Assembly: GCF_003334315.1 (NCBI RefSeq)
Contig: NZ_QOWR01000007.1
Source: Escherichia coli
Lineage (GTDB): Bacteria > Pseudomonadota > Gammaproteobacteria > Enterobacterales > Enterobacteriaceae
Reading direction: 5' to 3' (one strand)
Length of the DNA: 64,000 nt
Shown: one piece after another, positions 26,943 through 38,923 of the stretch
Position numbering within the stretch: the first letter of the stretch is position 1
How the letters are laid out: every line of letters begins with the position of its first letter
Notes under the pieces: model-generated
What the model saw: only the letters and a program-made list of their open reading frames with translations
Told to the model about the DNA's origin: nothing
The model's database searches: none
Translations under genes and position numbers: made by a program

Positions 26943-27593
26943 ATGTCATTACCGATGTTGCAAGTCGCGCTGGACAACCAGACTATGGATAGCGCCTACG
27001 AAACCACTCGCCTGATTGCCGAAGAAGTCGACATTATCGAAGTGGGCACCATTCTGTGCGTGGGCGAAGGCGTGCGTGCGGTTCGCGATCTGAAAGCGCT
27101 TTACCCGCACAAAATCGTACTCGCAGACGCCAAAATTGCCGATGCGGGCAAAATTCTTTCTCGTATGTGCTTCGAAGCCAATGCTGACTGGGTGACGGTA
27201 ATTTGCTGTGCGGATATCAACACCGCCAAAGGCGCGCTGGACGTAGCAAAAGAGTTTAACGGCGACGTGCAGATTGAACTGACCGGCTACTGGACCTGGG
27301 AACAGGCGCAGCAGTGGCGCGACGCAGGCATTCAGCAGGTGGTTTATCACCGCAGCCGTGACGCGCAGGCCGCAGGCGTGGCGTGGGGCGAAGCGGACAT
27401 TACCGCGATCAAACGTCTTTCCGATATGGGCTTCAAAGTGACCGTCACTGGTGGCCTGGCGCTGGAAGATCTGCCACTGTTCAAAGGCATTCCGATTCAC
27501 GTCTTTATCGCGGGCCGTAGTATCCGTGATGCCGCTTCTCCGGTGGAAGCCGCACGTCAGTTCAAACGTTCCATCGCCGAACTGTGGGGCTAA
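26943..27593 (+). CDS. ulaD: 3-keto-L-gulonate-6-phosphate decarboxylase
   Basis: 216 aa from ATG 26943 ([11 protein letters not shown]...), OMP-decarboxylase-like. Confidence 0.93.
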   Translation: MSLPMLQVALDNQTMDSAYETTRLIAEEVDIIEVGTILCVGEGVRAVRDLKALYPHKIVLADAKIADAGKILSRMCFEANADWVTVICCADINTAKGALDVAKEFNGDVQIELTGYWTWEQAQQWRDAGIQQVVYHRSRDAQAAGVAWGEADITAIKRLSDMGFKVTVTGGLALEDLPLFKGIPIHVFIAGRSIRDAASPVEAARQFKRSIAELWG

Positions 27594-27602
27594 GGAGCGG
27601 AT

Positions 27603-28457
27603 ATGTTGTCCAAACAAATCCCGCTTGGCATCTATGAAAAAGCGCTCCCCGCCGGGGAGTGCTGGCTGGAACGCCTGCAACTGGCAAAAACGTTGGGCTT
27701 CGATTTTGTCGAGATGTCGGTAGATGAAACGGACGAGCGCCTGTCGCGCCTCGACTGGAGCCGCGATCAGCGTCTGGCGCTGGTGAACGCGATTGTTGAA
27801 ACCGGCGTACGCGTACCGTCAATGTGCCTTTCTGCTCATCGTCGTTTCCCGCTGGGTAGCGAAGATGACGCGGTGCGGGCGCAGGGGCTGGAGATTATGC
27901 GTAAAGCTATCCAGTTCGCTCAGGACGTCGGCATTCGCGTGATCCAGCTGGCGGGCTATGACGTTTACTATCAGGAAGCCAATAACGAAACGCGTCGTCG
28001 TTTTCGTGACGGCCTGAAAGAGAGCGTTGAGATGGCAAGCCGCGCGCAGGTGACGCTGGCGATGGAGATCATGGATTATCCGTTGATGAACTCCATCAGC
28101 AAGGCGCTGGGCTACGCGCACTATCTCAACAATCCGTGGTTCCAGCTCTACCCGGATATCGGCAACCTGTCGGCGTGGGACAACGATGTGCAGATGGAGT
28201 TGCAGGCCGGAATCGGGCATATCGTCGCAGTACATGTGAAAGACACCAAACCTGGCGTCTTCAAAAACGTGCCGTTTGGCGAAGGTGTAGTGGATTTCGA
28301 ACGTTGTTTCGAAACGCTCAAACAGAGTGGCTATTGCGGGCCGTACCTGATTGAGATGTGGAGCGAAACGGCGGAAGACCCGGCGGCAGAAGTGGCGAAA
28401 GCGCGTGATTGGGTGAAAGCGCGCATGGCGAAAGCGGGCATGGTGGAGGCGGCATAA
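27603..28457 (+). CDS. ulaE: L-ribulose-5-phosphate 3-epimerase
   Basis: 284 aa, xylose-isomerase-like TIM barrel. Confidence 0.93.
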   Translation: MLSKQIPLGIYEKALPAGECWLERLQLAKTLGFDFVEMSVDETDERLSRLDWSRDQRLALVNAIVETGVRVPSMCLSAHRRFPLGSEDDAVRAQGLEIMRKAIQFAQDVGIRVIQLAGYDVYYQEANNETRRRFRDGLKESVEMASRAQVTLAMEIMDYPLMNSISKALGYAHYLNNPWFQLYPDIGNLSAWDNDVQMELQAGIGHIVAVHVKDTKPGVFKNVPFGEGVVDFERCFETLKQSGYCGPYLIEMWSETAEDPAAEVAKARDWVKARMAKAGMVEAA

Positions 28458-29143
28458 TGCAAAAGCTAAAACAGCAGGTATTTGAAGCCAACATGGAGCT
28501 GCCGCGCTACGGGCTGGTGACCTTTACCTGGGGCAACGTCAGCGCTATCGACCGCGAACGCGGGCTGGTGGTGATCAAGCCCAGCGGCGTTGCCTACGAA
28601 ACCATGAAAGCGGCCGATATGGTGGTGGTTGATATGAGCGGCAAGGTGGTGGAAGGGGAGTATCGCCCATCTTCCGACACTGCGACGCATCTCGAACTCT
28701 ACCGTCGTTACCCGTCGCTTGGCGGCATTGTCCATACCCACTCCACTCATGCCACCGCATGGGCGCAGGCGGGGCTGGCGATCCCGGCGTTAGGCACCAC
28801 GCACGCTGACTACTTCTTTGGTGATATCCCGTGTACGCGTGGATTAAGCGAAGAAGAGGTGCAGGGTGAGTATGAACTGAACACTGGCAAAGTGATTATC
28901 GAAACGCTGGGCAACGCCGAGCCGCTGCATACGCCGGGAATTGTGGTGTATCAGCACGGACCGTTCGCCTGGGGGAAAGATGCCCACGACGCGGTGCATA
29001 ACGCGGTAGTGATGGAAGAAGTGGCGAAAATGGCGTGGATTGCGCGCAGTATTAATCCACAACTCAATCACATCGACAGCTTCCTGATGAATAAACACTT
29101 CATGCGTAAGCACGGCCCTAACGCTTATTACGGGCAGAAGTAA
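28457..29143 (+). CDS. ulaF: L-ribulose-5-phosphate 4-epimerase
   Basis: 228 aa from ATG 28457 (TAATG overlap with ulaE stop), class II aldolase/adducin fold. Confidence 0.93.
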   Translation: MQKLKQQVFEANMELPRYGLVTFTWGNVSAIDRERGLVVIKPSGVAYETMKAADMVVVDMSGKVVEGEYRPSSDTATHLELYRRYPSLGGIVHTHSTHATAWAQAGLAIPALGTTHADYFFGDIPCTRGLSEEEVQGEYELNTGKVIIETLGNAEPLHTPGIVVYQHGPFAWGKDAHDAVHNAVVMEEVAKMAWIARSINPQLNHIDSFLMNKHFMRKHGPNAYYGQK

Positions 29144-29200
29144 AACACGCGCTGCGGAAATTTCCTTCCTCGGGAGATAACTGGTCTAATTCCGCAGCCG

Positions 29201-29231
29201 TTTTTCAAAAAAAGCCCCCTGCGAAGGGGGC
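29201..29231 (-). terminator. intrinsic terminator of yjfY (hairpin shared with the ulaF 3' end)
   Basis: gccccctgcgaagggggc hairpin flanked by aaaaaaa on the plus strand, giving a U-run on the minus strand. Confidence 0.6.
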
Positions 29232-29271
29232 AAAGCAAACTATGGCAATGTTTCGTTGGTTATACCTGGTG

Positions 29272-29547
29272 CTAGCGATAAATATCCGCGCTGGCGTGCA
29301 TATTGCCGTTACTCCCCGGTTCCCGCATCAGAATTACGTGGTAGTACGTTGCGCCTTGCGCATCTGTTTCTTCATTTAATGCCTGACGTGCTTCGCTTTC
29401 AGTGGCGAAATTATGATTGATATAAATCACGCCTAAGCTTTGCACATCGTCCATATTTCTGGCCTGGTGGTTATTAATTTCAATGGCTGCCCATGTATTT
29501 GCACTTAGCAAAAGCACAGCCAGAAGGGCTAAAACTCGACTGAACAT
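29272..29547 (-). CDS. yjfY: small secreted protein YjfY (DUF1471)
   Basis: 91 aa from ATG 29547 with strong GGAGG Shine-Dalgarno; signal peptide. Confidence 0.75.
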   Translation of the reverse strand: MFSRVLALLAVLLLSANTWAAIEINNHQARNMDDVQSLGVIYINHNFATESEARQALNEETDAQGATYYHVILMREPGSNGNMHASADIYR

Positions 29548-29855
29548 AGATACCTCCTCGACGGCTGACTTTGTGTGCTCTCCTCTGTGATGATCTTCTG
29601 ATTTAATTTTAATCAATGATAAAGAAGTTGATGGTGACCATTTCTGATGCAGTTGTTCGAAAAAACACTGTGACGGAATGTGATGAACTTCAAATCAGCG
29701 GTTTAGAGGTTATTTGCGAAAGGGGAGATTTATTTCTGCTCCGCCCTTGAGTTTAGCGGGGTATGTCAGTACTATAACGCGTCATTTTTCAGCCGACCTT
29801 TAACACGTTCCTTGCCTCCCCGGGATTCGGCTGACCCAGACAGGAGGCTGAATAA

Positions 29856-30269
<414 letters not shown>

Positions 30270-30275
30270 TTTCTG

Positions 30276-30822
<547 letters not shown>

Positions 30823-30851
30823 TCGGTCACGGTCCATTAATACGACTTTGA

Positions 30852-31313
<462 letters not shown>

Positions 31314-31334
31314 TTCGTTATTCAACGAGACGTA

Positions 31335-31366
31335 AAAACGCCGACCAGTGGTCGGCGTTTTGCTTT
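31335..31366 (+). terminator. intrinsic terminator of the rpsF-rplI operon
   Basis: cgccgaccagtggtcggcg stem then ttttgcttt. Confidence 0.8.
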
Positions 31367-31414
31367 ATAGCGAAAGCGTTACAACTGGTAGTATAACGCT
31401 CTGATATCTATTAA

Positions 31415-32692
31415 TTAGCTTGTCGCTAACTGTACTTGCGGTTCTTCATCTTTAACTTTGATAAGCGTCCACAGCGCAATGGCGCCAATAATGTCAAAGA
31501 AAGCCAGGGCAATAAAGAACGGCGCGAAGCCGATAATGTGAACGAATGCCCCGATAAACAGGTTGAAAATCAACTGACCGCTCCACGCACAGGCTCCTGC
31601 CATACCCACTGCGGTAGCTACTTCGTCTTTTTTGAACAGATCGCCACCCAGAGTTGCTGCTACAGTAGAAAGACATTGATGCGAGAACGCGCCAATACTA
31701 ATCAGTAATACGGCAATGTAGGGATTTTCGACAATACTCACCAGGCCAATCGTCATCATAATGACGGCTGCAATAGTGAAGGTAATTCTTCGTGAGTTAA
31801 TTAAACTCACGCCGCGATCGTGGAAGAACTTCGCGACAAAACCACTGGCTAAACAGCCGAGATCGCCCAGCAGGAAAGGCAGCCAGACGAACATGGCAAT
31901 TTCTTTCAGGCTAAAATGCAGCGTTTCGACGAAGAAAATCGGCACCCAGAAGTTAATGGTTCCCCATGCCGGGTCTGCGAGAAAACGCGCGATGCCAATC
32001 CCCCAGAAATTACGTTGGCTGAGGATATGCTTGATTGACGTTTTTTCTTTCTTATCTGTTTTAAGATGCTGTTCTTGCCCTGATTCAATATAGTGGCGCT
32101 CTTCATCAGAAAGGCGTTTGGCATCTTTCGGATCTTTATAACAAAAGAACCAAAATAAAGCCGCGAGCAAAGCAAGGCTACCTGAAACAATAAACGCAAA
32201 TTGCCAGCTATGAAACATAATGCACCAGGCAATCAACGGTGGAGCAAGCATCGCGCCGAGTGAGGTGCCCATATTGAAAACACCTGTCGCCACGCCACGC
32301 TCTTTTGCCGGGAACCATGTTGATGCGGTTTTTACACCCGCCGGAATTGCCGACGCTTCGCTGAAACCCATCAGGGCGCGCATAAATGCCAGACCTGACC
32401 ACGTTCCGGTTAGTGCATGGCCCATTGTCGCCAGGCCCCAAATTGCGGCACATATCGCAAAACTTAACTTCAGACCCACGGTATCAATAAAGAAGCCCAT
32501 TACCGGTTGCCCTAATGTATAGGCCAACTGGAATGCACTGACAATCCATGAATATTGCTCTTTAGTTATTCCGGTTGTCTCCATAATCGTTGGAGCCGCA
32601 ATACCTAACGCCGTTCTGTCCAGATAATTGATTACAGTGATAAAGCATACGAGGGCAATTATATGCCACCGGTAATTCTTTATTTTATTCAT
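31415..32692 (-). CDS. MFS permease, anion:cation symporter (ACS) family (ExuT/DgoT-like organic-anion or sugar-acid transporter)
   Basis: 425 aa, about 12 TM segments; N-terminal signature NYLDRTALGIAAP typical of ACS-family MFS; own AT-rich 92-bp upstream region. Confidence 0.8.
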   Translation of the reverse strand: MNKIKNYRWHIIALVCFITVINYLDRTALGIAAPTIMETTGITKEQYSWIVSAFQLAYTLGQPVMGFFIDTVGLKLSFAICAAIWGLATMGHALTGTWSGLAFMRALMGFSEASAIPAGVKTASTWFPAKERGVATGVFNMGTSLGAMLAPPLIAWCIMFHSWQFAFIVSGSLALLAALFWFFCYKDPKDAKRLSDEERHYIESGQEQHLKTDKKEKTSIKHILSQRNFWGIGIARFLADPAWGTINFWVPIFFVETLHFSLKEIAMFVWLPFLLGDLGCLASGFVAKFFHDRGVSLINSRRITFTIAAVIMMTIGLVSIVENPYIAVLLISIGAFSHQCLSTVAATLGGDLFKKDEVATAVGMAGACAWSGQLIFNLFIGAFVHIIGFAPFFIALAFFDIIGAIALWTLIKVKDEEPQVQLATS

Positions 32693-32784
32693 GTTTAAAC
32701 CTTTTAATTATATTAATAAACCCTGGTTGTTGGTGTTTCCGTGTAATAGGTAATAAAAATCAGGTACAGAGGAAATATTGAAAA

Positions 32785-34857
32785 TTATTGTGTGTAAATT
32801 TCTCCATTTAAAAATTCTGGCCAGTTTTTTTCAAAGTAAATACCGTTAATACACGGTTGCATACGTAAAGACTTCACTTCGGTAATAAAAGAACCTTGCG
32901 AATATTTAATCGTTAATCTGTGATTTTTGTCTTCAGCCCGTTCAGAGCGAAAACGCCATTCTTCTTTTGCGCCGCGACGAGTTTGTGGGAGGCATTTGCC
33001 TTGTGGATCAATAACCATCCGCGCCCCACGACTGCCACCACCTGCGTCAATATAATGCGTCAATTGCGTTAATACCGCGGCCGAAGTCAGCGCCATATGC
33101 CGCCACATAAATAGTTCGGCAATTTCGCCTGCGTGATTGATGGTTAAACCGTGTTGTTGTACAAACTCACTTAGCAGCAGGGCGTCACGGGTGGCGTGAC
33201 GAACTTTATCGGCATGACAAATAAATCCGGCGTAATCAGACATTCGCGCCTGGATTTTTTCTTTCACCGTTACCAGCGCCATTCCGTTCTCATTTACCAG
33301 TGCCTGAGCGATAACTTCTCTGACTATATTCAGAGATGAGGCTACCAGCTGCGCGACATCACCCTCAACAGACCGCTTTTGTGTGCAACCAATAAAGCGC
33401 GCCAGACGCACGGCAATAACCTGTCCGGCATTCAGCGCCGCACCGCCTGGTCGGGTAACGCCGTGAGTTCCGGCTACTTCTCCCACCGCAAAACAACCGG
33501 GCAGGGATGTTTGTCCCCAGATATCCACTTCAATGCCGCCATTCATGTGCTGATTATTCATGGCGAACTGCAGAGGCTGCGCGGTGAGATCGTAACCGTG
33601 CATCTTATACAGCGAGATAGACAGCGGATTCATTCGTTGCAGCCGTTCGATGGGCGATGCTGCCAGAGCGTCGTTATTTTCCAGATACGCGCGAACGTCG
33701 TCGTCCAGTCGATCTAATGTGAAGGGCAAATCACCAGGCACCGCTTCAGGATTGCGATTGAAATCCATAAACACCCGACGACCATGTTGCTGCTCTTGCG
33801 CCACCGCCATATCTAACAAGCTGGAGCCAAAATCCATCACCCGAGTGGCGTGGAACGGCCACTGATAGCCTTTACGGAAAATGTTTGAAGCCAGCTCCTG
33901 GGTGGTGCGATAGTAATCCGCGAGGAAGTTATACTCGTTACCCTCAGCATCCACGGAATAGATATACGGGATCACCTGTACATAGGTGCCGGATAAATTC
34001 CACGGAAACGTGCTACGCGGCGTGCCTATACCAAACTGGCTTTCGGTCAGATTGGTTAGCGTCAGGCCTTCCTCCAGCGCCAGCCCCAGCGAGCCAAAAC
34101 ATTTGTGTGGGTACACACTGTCGCGATAAAGCTCGCCAGGCCCTCCTGTTGCCAGTACCACATTGGGCGCAGTCACAATTGCCAGCCCCCAAGGGTTATG
34201 GGCGCGATGACCGGTCGCGAGGATTGCCCCCGCAACACGGTCTTCGCCGTTTTCGTCACGCTGATGCAGCAGTTTAATCACTGTTGCACTGGTCAACACT
34301 GGAATGGCGAGGCGCTGTACTTCTTCCAACAGCACTTTCACCATTAACCTTGAGGTACGCGGCCCACACGAGGTTGCACGCCCGGCTTCGTCATGGTCGG
34401 TTTGATAACGAAGAATCGCGCCATAGCGATCTTCCGGTAATTCCAGACCAAGATATTGCAACCCGCCAAGAGTGTGCAGAGAACCTACCGCTTCGACATA
34501 AGCGGTGTCGTGATCCATCGCCCCACCGCTCGCCAGTGCCTCTGCCAGTTTGGTGAAGTTGTCGCCGTTGCCCGCGGTAGCGGCGGTAAACAGTGTCTGT
34601 TTATCGGAACCAGAACATGCCGACGTCCCCATATATAACCCGGCAGTGGCGATCAGCACATTTTGCTGGCGGCGTTTAAGTTCCACAGCTGCACGCAGCC
34701 CGGCTGCACCACTGCCGACTACCAGGGCATCTGTTTGCCAGAGTGGGTAATCAACACCGTCTACCGTGACAACCCATGCGGGCTCTGCCTGTGCAAAACC
34801 CTTTGGGAAAGTAACGTGCGTCAGCGCATCAAGGATGGTGTCATCAAGCTGACTCAT
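32785..34857 (-). CDS. FAD-dependent oxidoreductase, fumarate reductase/succinate dehydrogenase flavoprotein-like (FAD_binding_2) with extra C-terminal domain
   Basis: 690 aa; Rossmann dinucleotide motif DALVVGSGAAGLRAA; C-terminal FAD-contact motif GCFAVGEVAGTHGVTRPGGAALNAG; start overlaps upstream stop by 4 bp (ATGA). Confidence 0.8.
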   Translation of the reverse strand: MSQLDDTILDALTHVTFPKGFAQAEPAWVVTVDGVDYPLWQTDALVVGSGAAGLRAAVELKRRQQNVLIATAGLYMGTSACSGSDKQTLFTAATAGNGDNFTKLAEALASGGAMDHDTAYVEAVGSLHTLGGLQYLGLELPEDRYGAILRYQTDHDEAGRATSCGPRTSRLMVKVLLEEVQRLAIPVLTSATVIKLLHQRDENGEDRVAGAILATGHRAHNPWGLAIVTAPNVVLATGGPGELYRDSVYPHKCFGSLGLALEEGLTLTNLTESQFGIGTPRSTFPWNLSGTYVQVIPYIYSVDAEGNEYNFLADYYRTTQELASNIFRKGYQWPFHATRVMDFGSSLLDMAVAQEQQHGRRVFMDFNRNPEAVPGDLPFTLDRLDDDVRAYLENNDALAASPIERLQRMNPLSISLYKMHGYDLTAQPLQFAMNNQHMNGGIEVDIWGQTSLPGCFAVGEVAGTHGVTRPGGAALNAGQVIAVRLARFIGCTQKRSVEGDVAQLVASSLNIVREVIAQALVNENGMALVTVKEKIQARMSDYAGFICHADKVRHATRDALLLSEFVQQHGLTINHAGEIAELFMWRHMALTSAAVLTQLTHYIDAGGGSRGARMVIDPQGKCLPQTRRGAKEEWRFRSERAEDKNHRLTIKYSQGSFITEVKSLRMQPCINGIYFEKNWPEFLNGEIYTQ

Positions 34858-36395
34858 GCATCCTCCATCGGCGTAAACAGGCTACTTTCCATCAGGCGTG
34901 GATGCTTGATAATTGGACGGAAGGCCATATACGGCAGAATGTCGCGCTCAATCTCCACACTCGGTGCGATTTCAATTAATTCAACGCCTTCTGCCGTTAA
35001 CTGGAATACTGCGCGTTCAGTGATATACAACACTTCCTGACCACTTTGCTGTGCGTAGGCGGCGCTAAAAGTGATTTTTTCCACCTGGGTAACCAGTTTA
35101 GGGATTTGACCTGACTGGGCGATATGCAAGCCATCTGGCGTTACATCAATCTTGCTACCTTTGGCGTCGAACGTGCCGCAGAACACCACTTTACGGGCGT
35201 TTTGCGCAATTTCGAGAAAACCGCCGGGGCCAATGAGATTGCCATTGAGATGGGAGACGTTGACGTTACCGTACTGATCCATCTCTCCCATGCCGAGGAA
35301 GGTGATATCGATCCCTCCGCCACTGTAGAACTCAAATTGATCGAGTGATGGAATAATGGCATCGGCGTTGCGGGCACAACCAAACAGAGCATCATCAAGC
35401 ATCATGCCGTTATGTACGCCTTGCTCGACGCTCAGCCATAAACTTTGGTAAGGAACGCCTTCGCGCAGCGCTACGCCTGGAATACCGCCAGGAATACCAA
35501 AGCCAAAGTTGGTTGAAGCGCCAGCCACCAGTTCGCGTGCTGCCCGACGGGCAATCAGGCGGCGCACCGGATGACTAACCAGTTCAATAGCGTCGTTAGA
35601 ACTCAGACGGCGATGTTGACCGCTAATGGTCAGGTCGTAACCGCCAAGATAGGTTTGCGGTTGTTCGCGGTGTTCAACGATGCCATCAACCAGAATGCCC
35701 GGTAATTTGACCCGGCGTGGTTCAATCGCGCCAGCTTCCAGCACATCGCGTACCTGTACGAACACTTTGCCGCCGCTGTTGTGTGCTGCCAGCGCCATGG
35801 AATAGCTATCCATATCAATCGCTTCTTCTTCAAGGCTGACGTTGCCTCGAGGATCGGCATAAGTGCCACGCAAAATCGCGTAATCCACTTTGAAAGGGCG
35901 ATAACGAAGTTTGGTTTCACCGTCGATTTCAATCAGTTCTACCAGGTCGTCGGTAGTGCATTCATTCGACTTACCGCCGCCATTGCGTGGATCAACAAAC
36001 GATCCCAGCCCAACGTGGGTAAAAAGCCCCGGACGTCCGGCGCCGATCTCCCGTAGCAGTGCCTGAATCACGCCACCAGGAAAGCAGTAGGCTTCAATCG
36101 TGTTATTTTTTACCAGCGCCTGCATTTTGGGCGACCAGGTAAAGTGCCCGGCAATAATGCGTTTGAGCATCTCTGCGTGCGCAAAACGATTAGTGCCTTT
36201 GCAGTCGCGATCGCCAATACCCAGCGAGTGGATTAGCGTCAGGTCGCGAGGGTGTCCGGTTTGCAGGAAACGCGCTTCAATAGCAGCCAGAATATGGTCG
36301 GCTTCTACCATACCGCCGCCGTTACCGCTAATAGCAATAGTCGCACCGTCCTGAATTTGCGCCGCCAGTGCCTCGGCGGTTGTTATCTTACGCAT
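34854..36395 (-). CDS. fused alpha/beta family-I CoA-transferase (YdiF / acetate CoA-transferase type)
   Basis: 513 aa; blocks GSFVDPRNGGGKSNE, FEFYSGGGIDITFLGMGEMDQYGNVNVSHLNG and YITERAVFQLTAEGVELIEIAPSVEIERDIL parallel my recollection of E. coli YdiF; AAGGA Shine-Dalgarno. Confidence 0.85.
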   Translation of the reverse strand: MRKITTAEALAAQIQDGATIAISGNGGGMVEADHILAAIEARFLQTGHPRDLTLIHSLGIGDRDCKGTNRFAHAEMLKRIIAGHFTWSPKMQALVKNNTIEAYCFPGGVIQALLREIGAGRPGLFTHVGLGSFVDPRNGGGKSNECTTDDLVELIEIDGETKLRYRPFKVDYAILRGTYADPRGNVSLEEEAIDMDSYSMALAAHNSGGKVFVQVRDVLEAGAIEPRRVKLPGILVDGIVEHREQPQTYLGGYDLTISGQHRRLSSNDAIELVSHPVRRLIARRAARELVAGASTNFGFGIPGGIPGVALREGVPYQSLWLSVEQGVHNGMMLDDALFGCARNADAIIPSLDQFEFYSGGGIDITFLGMGEMDQYGNVNVSHLNGNLIGPGGFLEIAQNARKVVFCGTFDAKGSKIDVTPDGLHIAQSGQIPKLVTQVEKITFSAAYAQQSGQEVLYITERAVFQLTAEGVELIEIAPSVEIERDILPYMAFRPIIKHPRLMESSLFTPMEDA

Positions 36396-36404
36396 ACAAT
36401 TTCC

Positions 36405-37181
36405 TTATTGATTATGGAAGCTCACGCTACTTTTTTCGGCAAAGGCGCGCGTCGCCTGCTGGCAATCCTGAGTGGCAGACATTAATCCGGCCAGTAGCTG
36501 GTGCGGGTAATCGGCATGTTTATTTTCCAGTGCCAGAATCAGTTGCTTAATATGCGCCAGTGCCACCGGACCGCATTTTTCCAGCTGCGCTAACTGGTTC
36601 GCCATCCAGCTTTCCACCTGTTCTTTTTCTACCACTTCATCAATTAAATTCGCCGCCTGGGCTTCCTGCGCCGTCAGGCGTTTACCCAGCATCAGCATCT
36701 GGCGACCGACCACCGGACCAACCTGATTAAGCACACGTTCAATGCCCATCCAGCCAGGCACCATGCCGAGCATCACTTCCGGGTTAGAGAATTTCGCGCC
36801 GGGGCGGGCAATACGAATATCGCAGCACAAGGCCAGTTCAATACCACCGCCGATGGTATGACCGTTGAGATTCGCAACGGTTAATTGGGGTAAGTTTCGC
36901 AGGCGATTAAAAACGTCATTACCGCGTTTAATCCATTTTCTGCCCATATCTAATGGCGAATAGGCCGACCACGATTTAATATCGCCACCCGCACAAAAGA
37001 ATTTATCGCCGGTTGCCGTTAATTCGACTAATCGTAATGTGGTGTCGTTTTCAATTTCATTTAAATAATGGTCGAGAGATTCGATCATTTCTTCATTAAT
37101 AGCATGACATTTATCTTCACGGTTCAATGTCAGGCGGCAAGAAGCCGCCGCTCTGCTGAACAGAACGGGTTGGTCACTCAT
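36405..37181 (-). CDS. enoyl-CoA hydratase/isomerase (crotonase-family) protein
   Basis: 258 aa from ATG 37181 (MSDQPVLF...; AAGGA 6 nt upstream); crotonase motifs FCAGGDIK and GHTIGGGIELALCCD; the track's longer start at 37187 sits directly against the Shine-Dalgarno. Confidence 0.8.
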   Translation of the reverse strand: MSDQPVLFSRAAASCRLTLNREDKCHAINEEMIESLDHYLNEIENDTTLRLVELTATGDKFFCAGGDIKSWSAYSPLDMGRKWIKRGNDVFNRLRNLPQLTVANLNGHTIGGGIELALCCDIRIARPGAKFSNPEVMLGMVPGWMGIERVLNQVGPVVGRQMLMLGKRLTAQEAQAANLIDEVVEKEQVESWMANQLAQLEKCGPVALAHIKQLILALENKHADYPHQLLAGLMSATQDCQQATRAFAEKSSVSFHNQ

Positions 37182-37190
37182 GATCATTCC

Positions 37191-38033
37191 TTAACAATAA
37201 TGCGCGATGCGATCGACGCTAATATCCAGCGTGCTGTTAATATCTTTCTGCCACCAGTAAGGCGAGAATATTTCCAGTTCTATAGCGCCATTAAATCCGG
37301 CGTTTTCAACCAGCCGACGAATTGACGGAATATTGATGACGCCATCTCCCGGCATTCCCCGGTCATTGACCAGATCGGTGGTCGGTACTAACCAGTCGGA
37401 AACATGAAACGCGAGGATGCGTTTTCCGGCACGCAGGATCTGACTGGCGAGCTCCGGATCCCACCAGACGTGATAAACATCCACCGCCACGCCGAGGCCA
37501 AACTCACCATCGGGATCGAGTTCATCACACCAGTCCAGCGCCTGACGTAACGTGCACAGGCAAGAGCGGTCGGCAGCAGTCATCGGGTGCAGCGGCTCCA
37601 GCGCAATTGGCACGCCGACATCTTTCGAATGTGGCAGCAACTGGCGAATCCCTTGTTTTACTTGTTCCCGCGCTTCGTACAAATCTTTTGTTCCCTGCGG
37701 TAACCCGCCAACCACCTGCATATAACAGGCGGCGTTAAGCACCGCTGCGTCGTCCAGCGCCCGGCGGTTATCATCAATCGCCAGTTTGCGTTCCGCCTGT
37801 GTCGGCGCGGTGTAGTAAGTGCTACGGCACAAACCGGAAACGCTCATGTTACTGGCAGCAAGCTGGCGGGCGATTTGCTGGAGATCTTCACCCTGCAACT
37901 CCCTGCGCCAGGGGGCAATTGCGCCAATACCACGCGCGGCGCAGGCATCAATAATGGCGGGTAGAGGCGTTTTATAGCCCAGTGTTGCGGTATTGATACT
38001 GAATAAATCCGGGCGTTGTAACAGATCTCTCAT
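37191..38033 (-). CDS. sugar-phosphate isomerase/epimerase-like protein (xylose-isomerase-like TIM barrel)
   Basis: 280 aa; composition typical of AP-endonuclease-2/xylose-isomerase TIM barrels (IALEPLHP..., HVSDW...); GAGG Shine-Dalgarno. Confidence 0.75.
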   Translation of the reverse strand: MRDLLQRPDLFSINTATLGYKTPLPAIIDACAARGIGAIAPWRRELQGEDLQQIARQLAASNMSVSGLCRSTYYTAPTQAERKLAIDDNRRALDDAAVLNAACYMQVVGGLPQGTKDLYEAREQVKQGIRQLLPHSKDVGVPIALEPLHPMTAADRSCLCTLRQALDWCDELDPDGEFGLGVAVDVYHVWWDPELASQILRAGKRILAFHVSDWLVPTTDLVNDRGMPGDGVINIPSIRRLVENAGFNGAIELEIFSPYWWQKDINSTLDISVDRIAHYC

Positions 38034-38042
38034 GATTCAGCC

Positions 38043-38834
38043 TCAGAAGCGCGGCATACTTAAGCCGCCGTCGATGGCGACCGCCTGACCACAGGTGTAA
38101 ATCAGTTTACCTTCCGCCATCGCGCGGACGGTGGAAGCAATATCAGCCGGATAACCCCAACGTCCCCACGGCACCAGACCTTTGGCAATCAGTTCGTCGT
38201 AATAAGCCGTTGCCGGAATAGTCATATCGGTTTTGATGAGACCAGGGCGCACTTCATAAACGCCAATTTGTTCATTACAAAGGCGAGCAGCAAACAGACG
38301 AGCAGCGGCAGAAACGGCGGTTTTGGCAATGGTGTATTCGCCGCGATTCATCGCCAGCATGATGGCGTTGATGGAACTGACGAAAATAATCGAGCGGTGC
38401 GGCAGTTCCGCTTCCGGTTTCGGCTGTGCCAGTAAGCGCTTACTGAATGCCTGAGCAAGGAAGAACGGCGCGCGGGTGTTAATGGCAATGTTTTGATCGA
38501 AGCTGTCTGGTTCGAGGTCGAGGAGGTCACCGCGTTTTTTCACTGAAATCCCCGCGTTATTGAGCAGGCAGTCCAGACGCCCCCACTGGTTTTGTGCCGC
38601 GTCGAGCATCTCTTCATGCAAGGAGAGATCGCCGACATCGGCAGGGAAGCAAATGACTTCCACACCTTCTGCCAGACATTCCTGTTGTGTGGCATGTAAT
38701 TTTTCTACGCTGTCAGCATCGGGGCGATCGTTAATCAGCAGGTTAAATCCGCCACGAGCAAGCTCCAGCGCACAGCCCTTTCCAATACCACGAGCGGCTC
38801 CGGTAATCACGGCAACAGGACGAGTGGATTTCAT
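38043..38834 (-). CDS. short-chain dehydrogenase/reductase (SDR)
   Basis: 263 aa; cofactor motif ITGAARGIGKG, NNAG, catalytic YTIAK; first gene of the minus-strand operon. Confidence 0.85.
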   Translation of the reverse strand: MKSTRPVAVITGAARGIGKGCALELARGGFNLLINDRPDADSVEKLHATQQECLAEGVEVICFPADVGDLSLHEEMLDAAQNQWGRLDCLLNNAGISVKKRGDLLDLEPDSFDQNIAINTRAPFFLAQAFSKRLLAQPKPEAELPHRSIIFVSSINAIMLAMNRGEYTIAKTAVSAAARLFAARLCNEQIGVYEVRPGLIKTDMTIPATAYYDELIAKGLVPWGRWGYPADIASTVRAMAEGKLIYTCGQAVAIDGGLSMPRF

Positions 38835-38879
38835 ACAATAACTCTCTTTTTTGAATATTGTTTTCTAAGTGACAATTAG

Positions 38880-38923
38880 CTTGCGACGTGCCGCAAGAAA
38901 GATCAACCATCTGGTTGGTTGAT
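38880..38923. promoter_or_regulatory. candidate TetR operator(s): two palindromes in the divergent intergenic region
   Basis: cttgcg-acgtgc-cgcaag (38880-38897) and atcaacca-tctggt-tggttgat overlapping caacca-tc-tggttg (38902-38923), inside the 211-bp AT-rich gap between the operon start and the TetR start. Confidence 0.35.
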
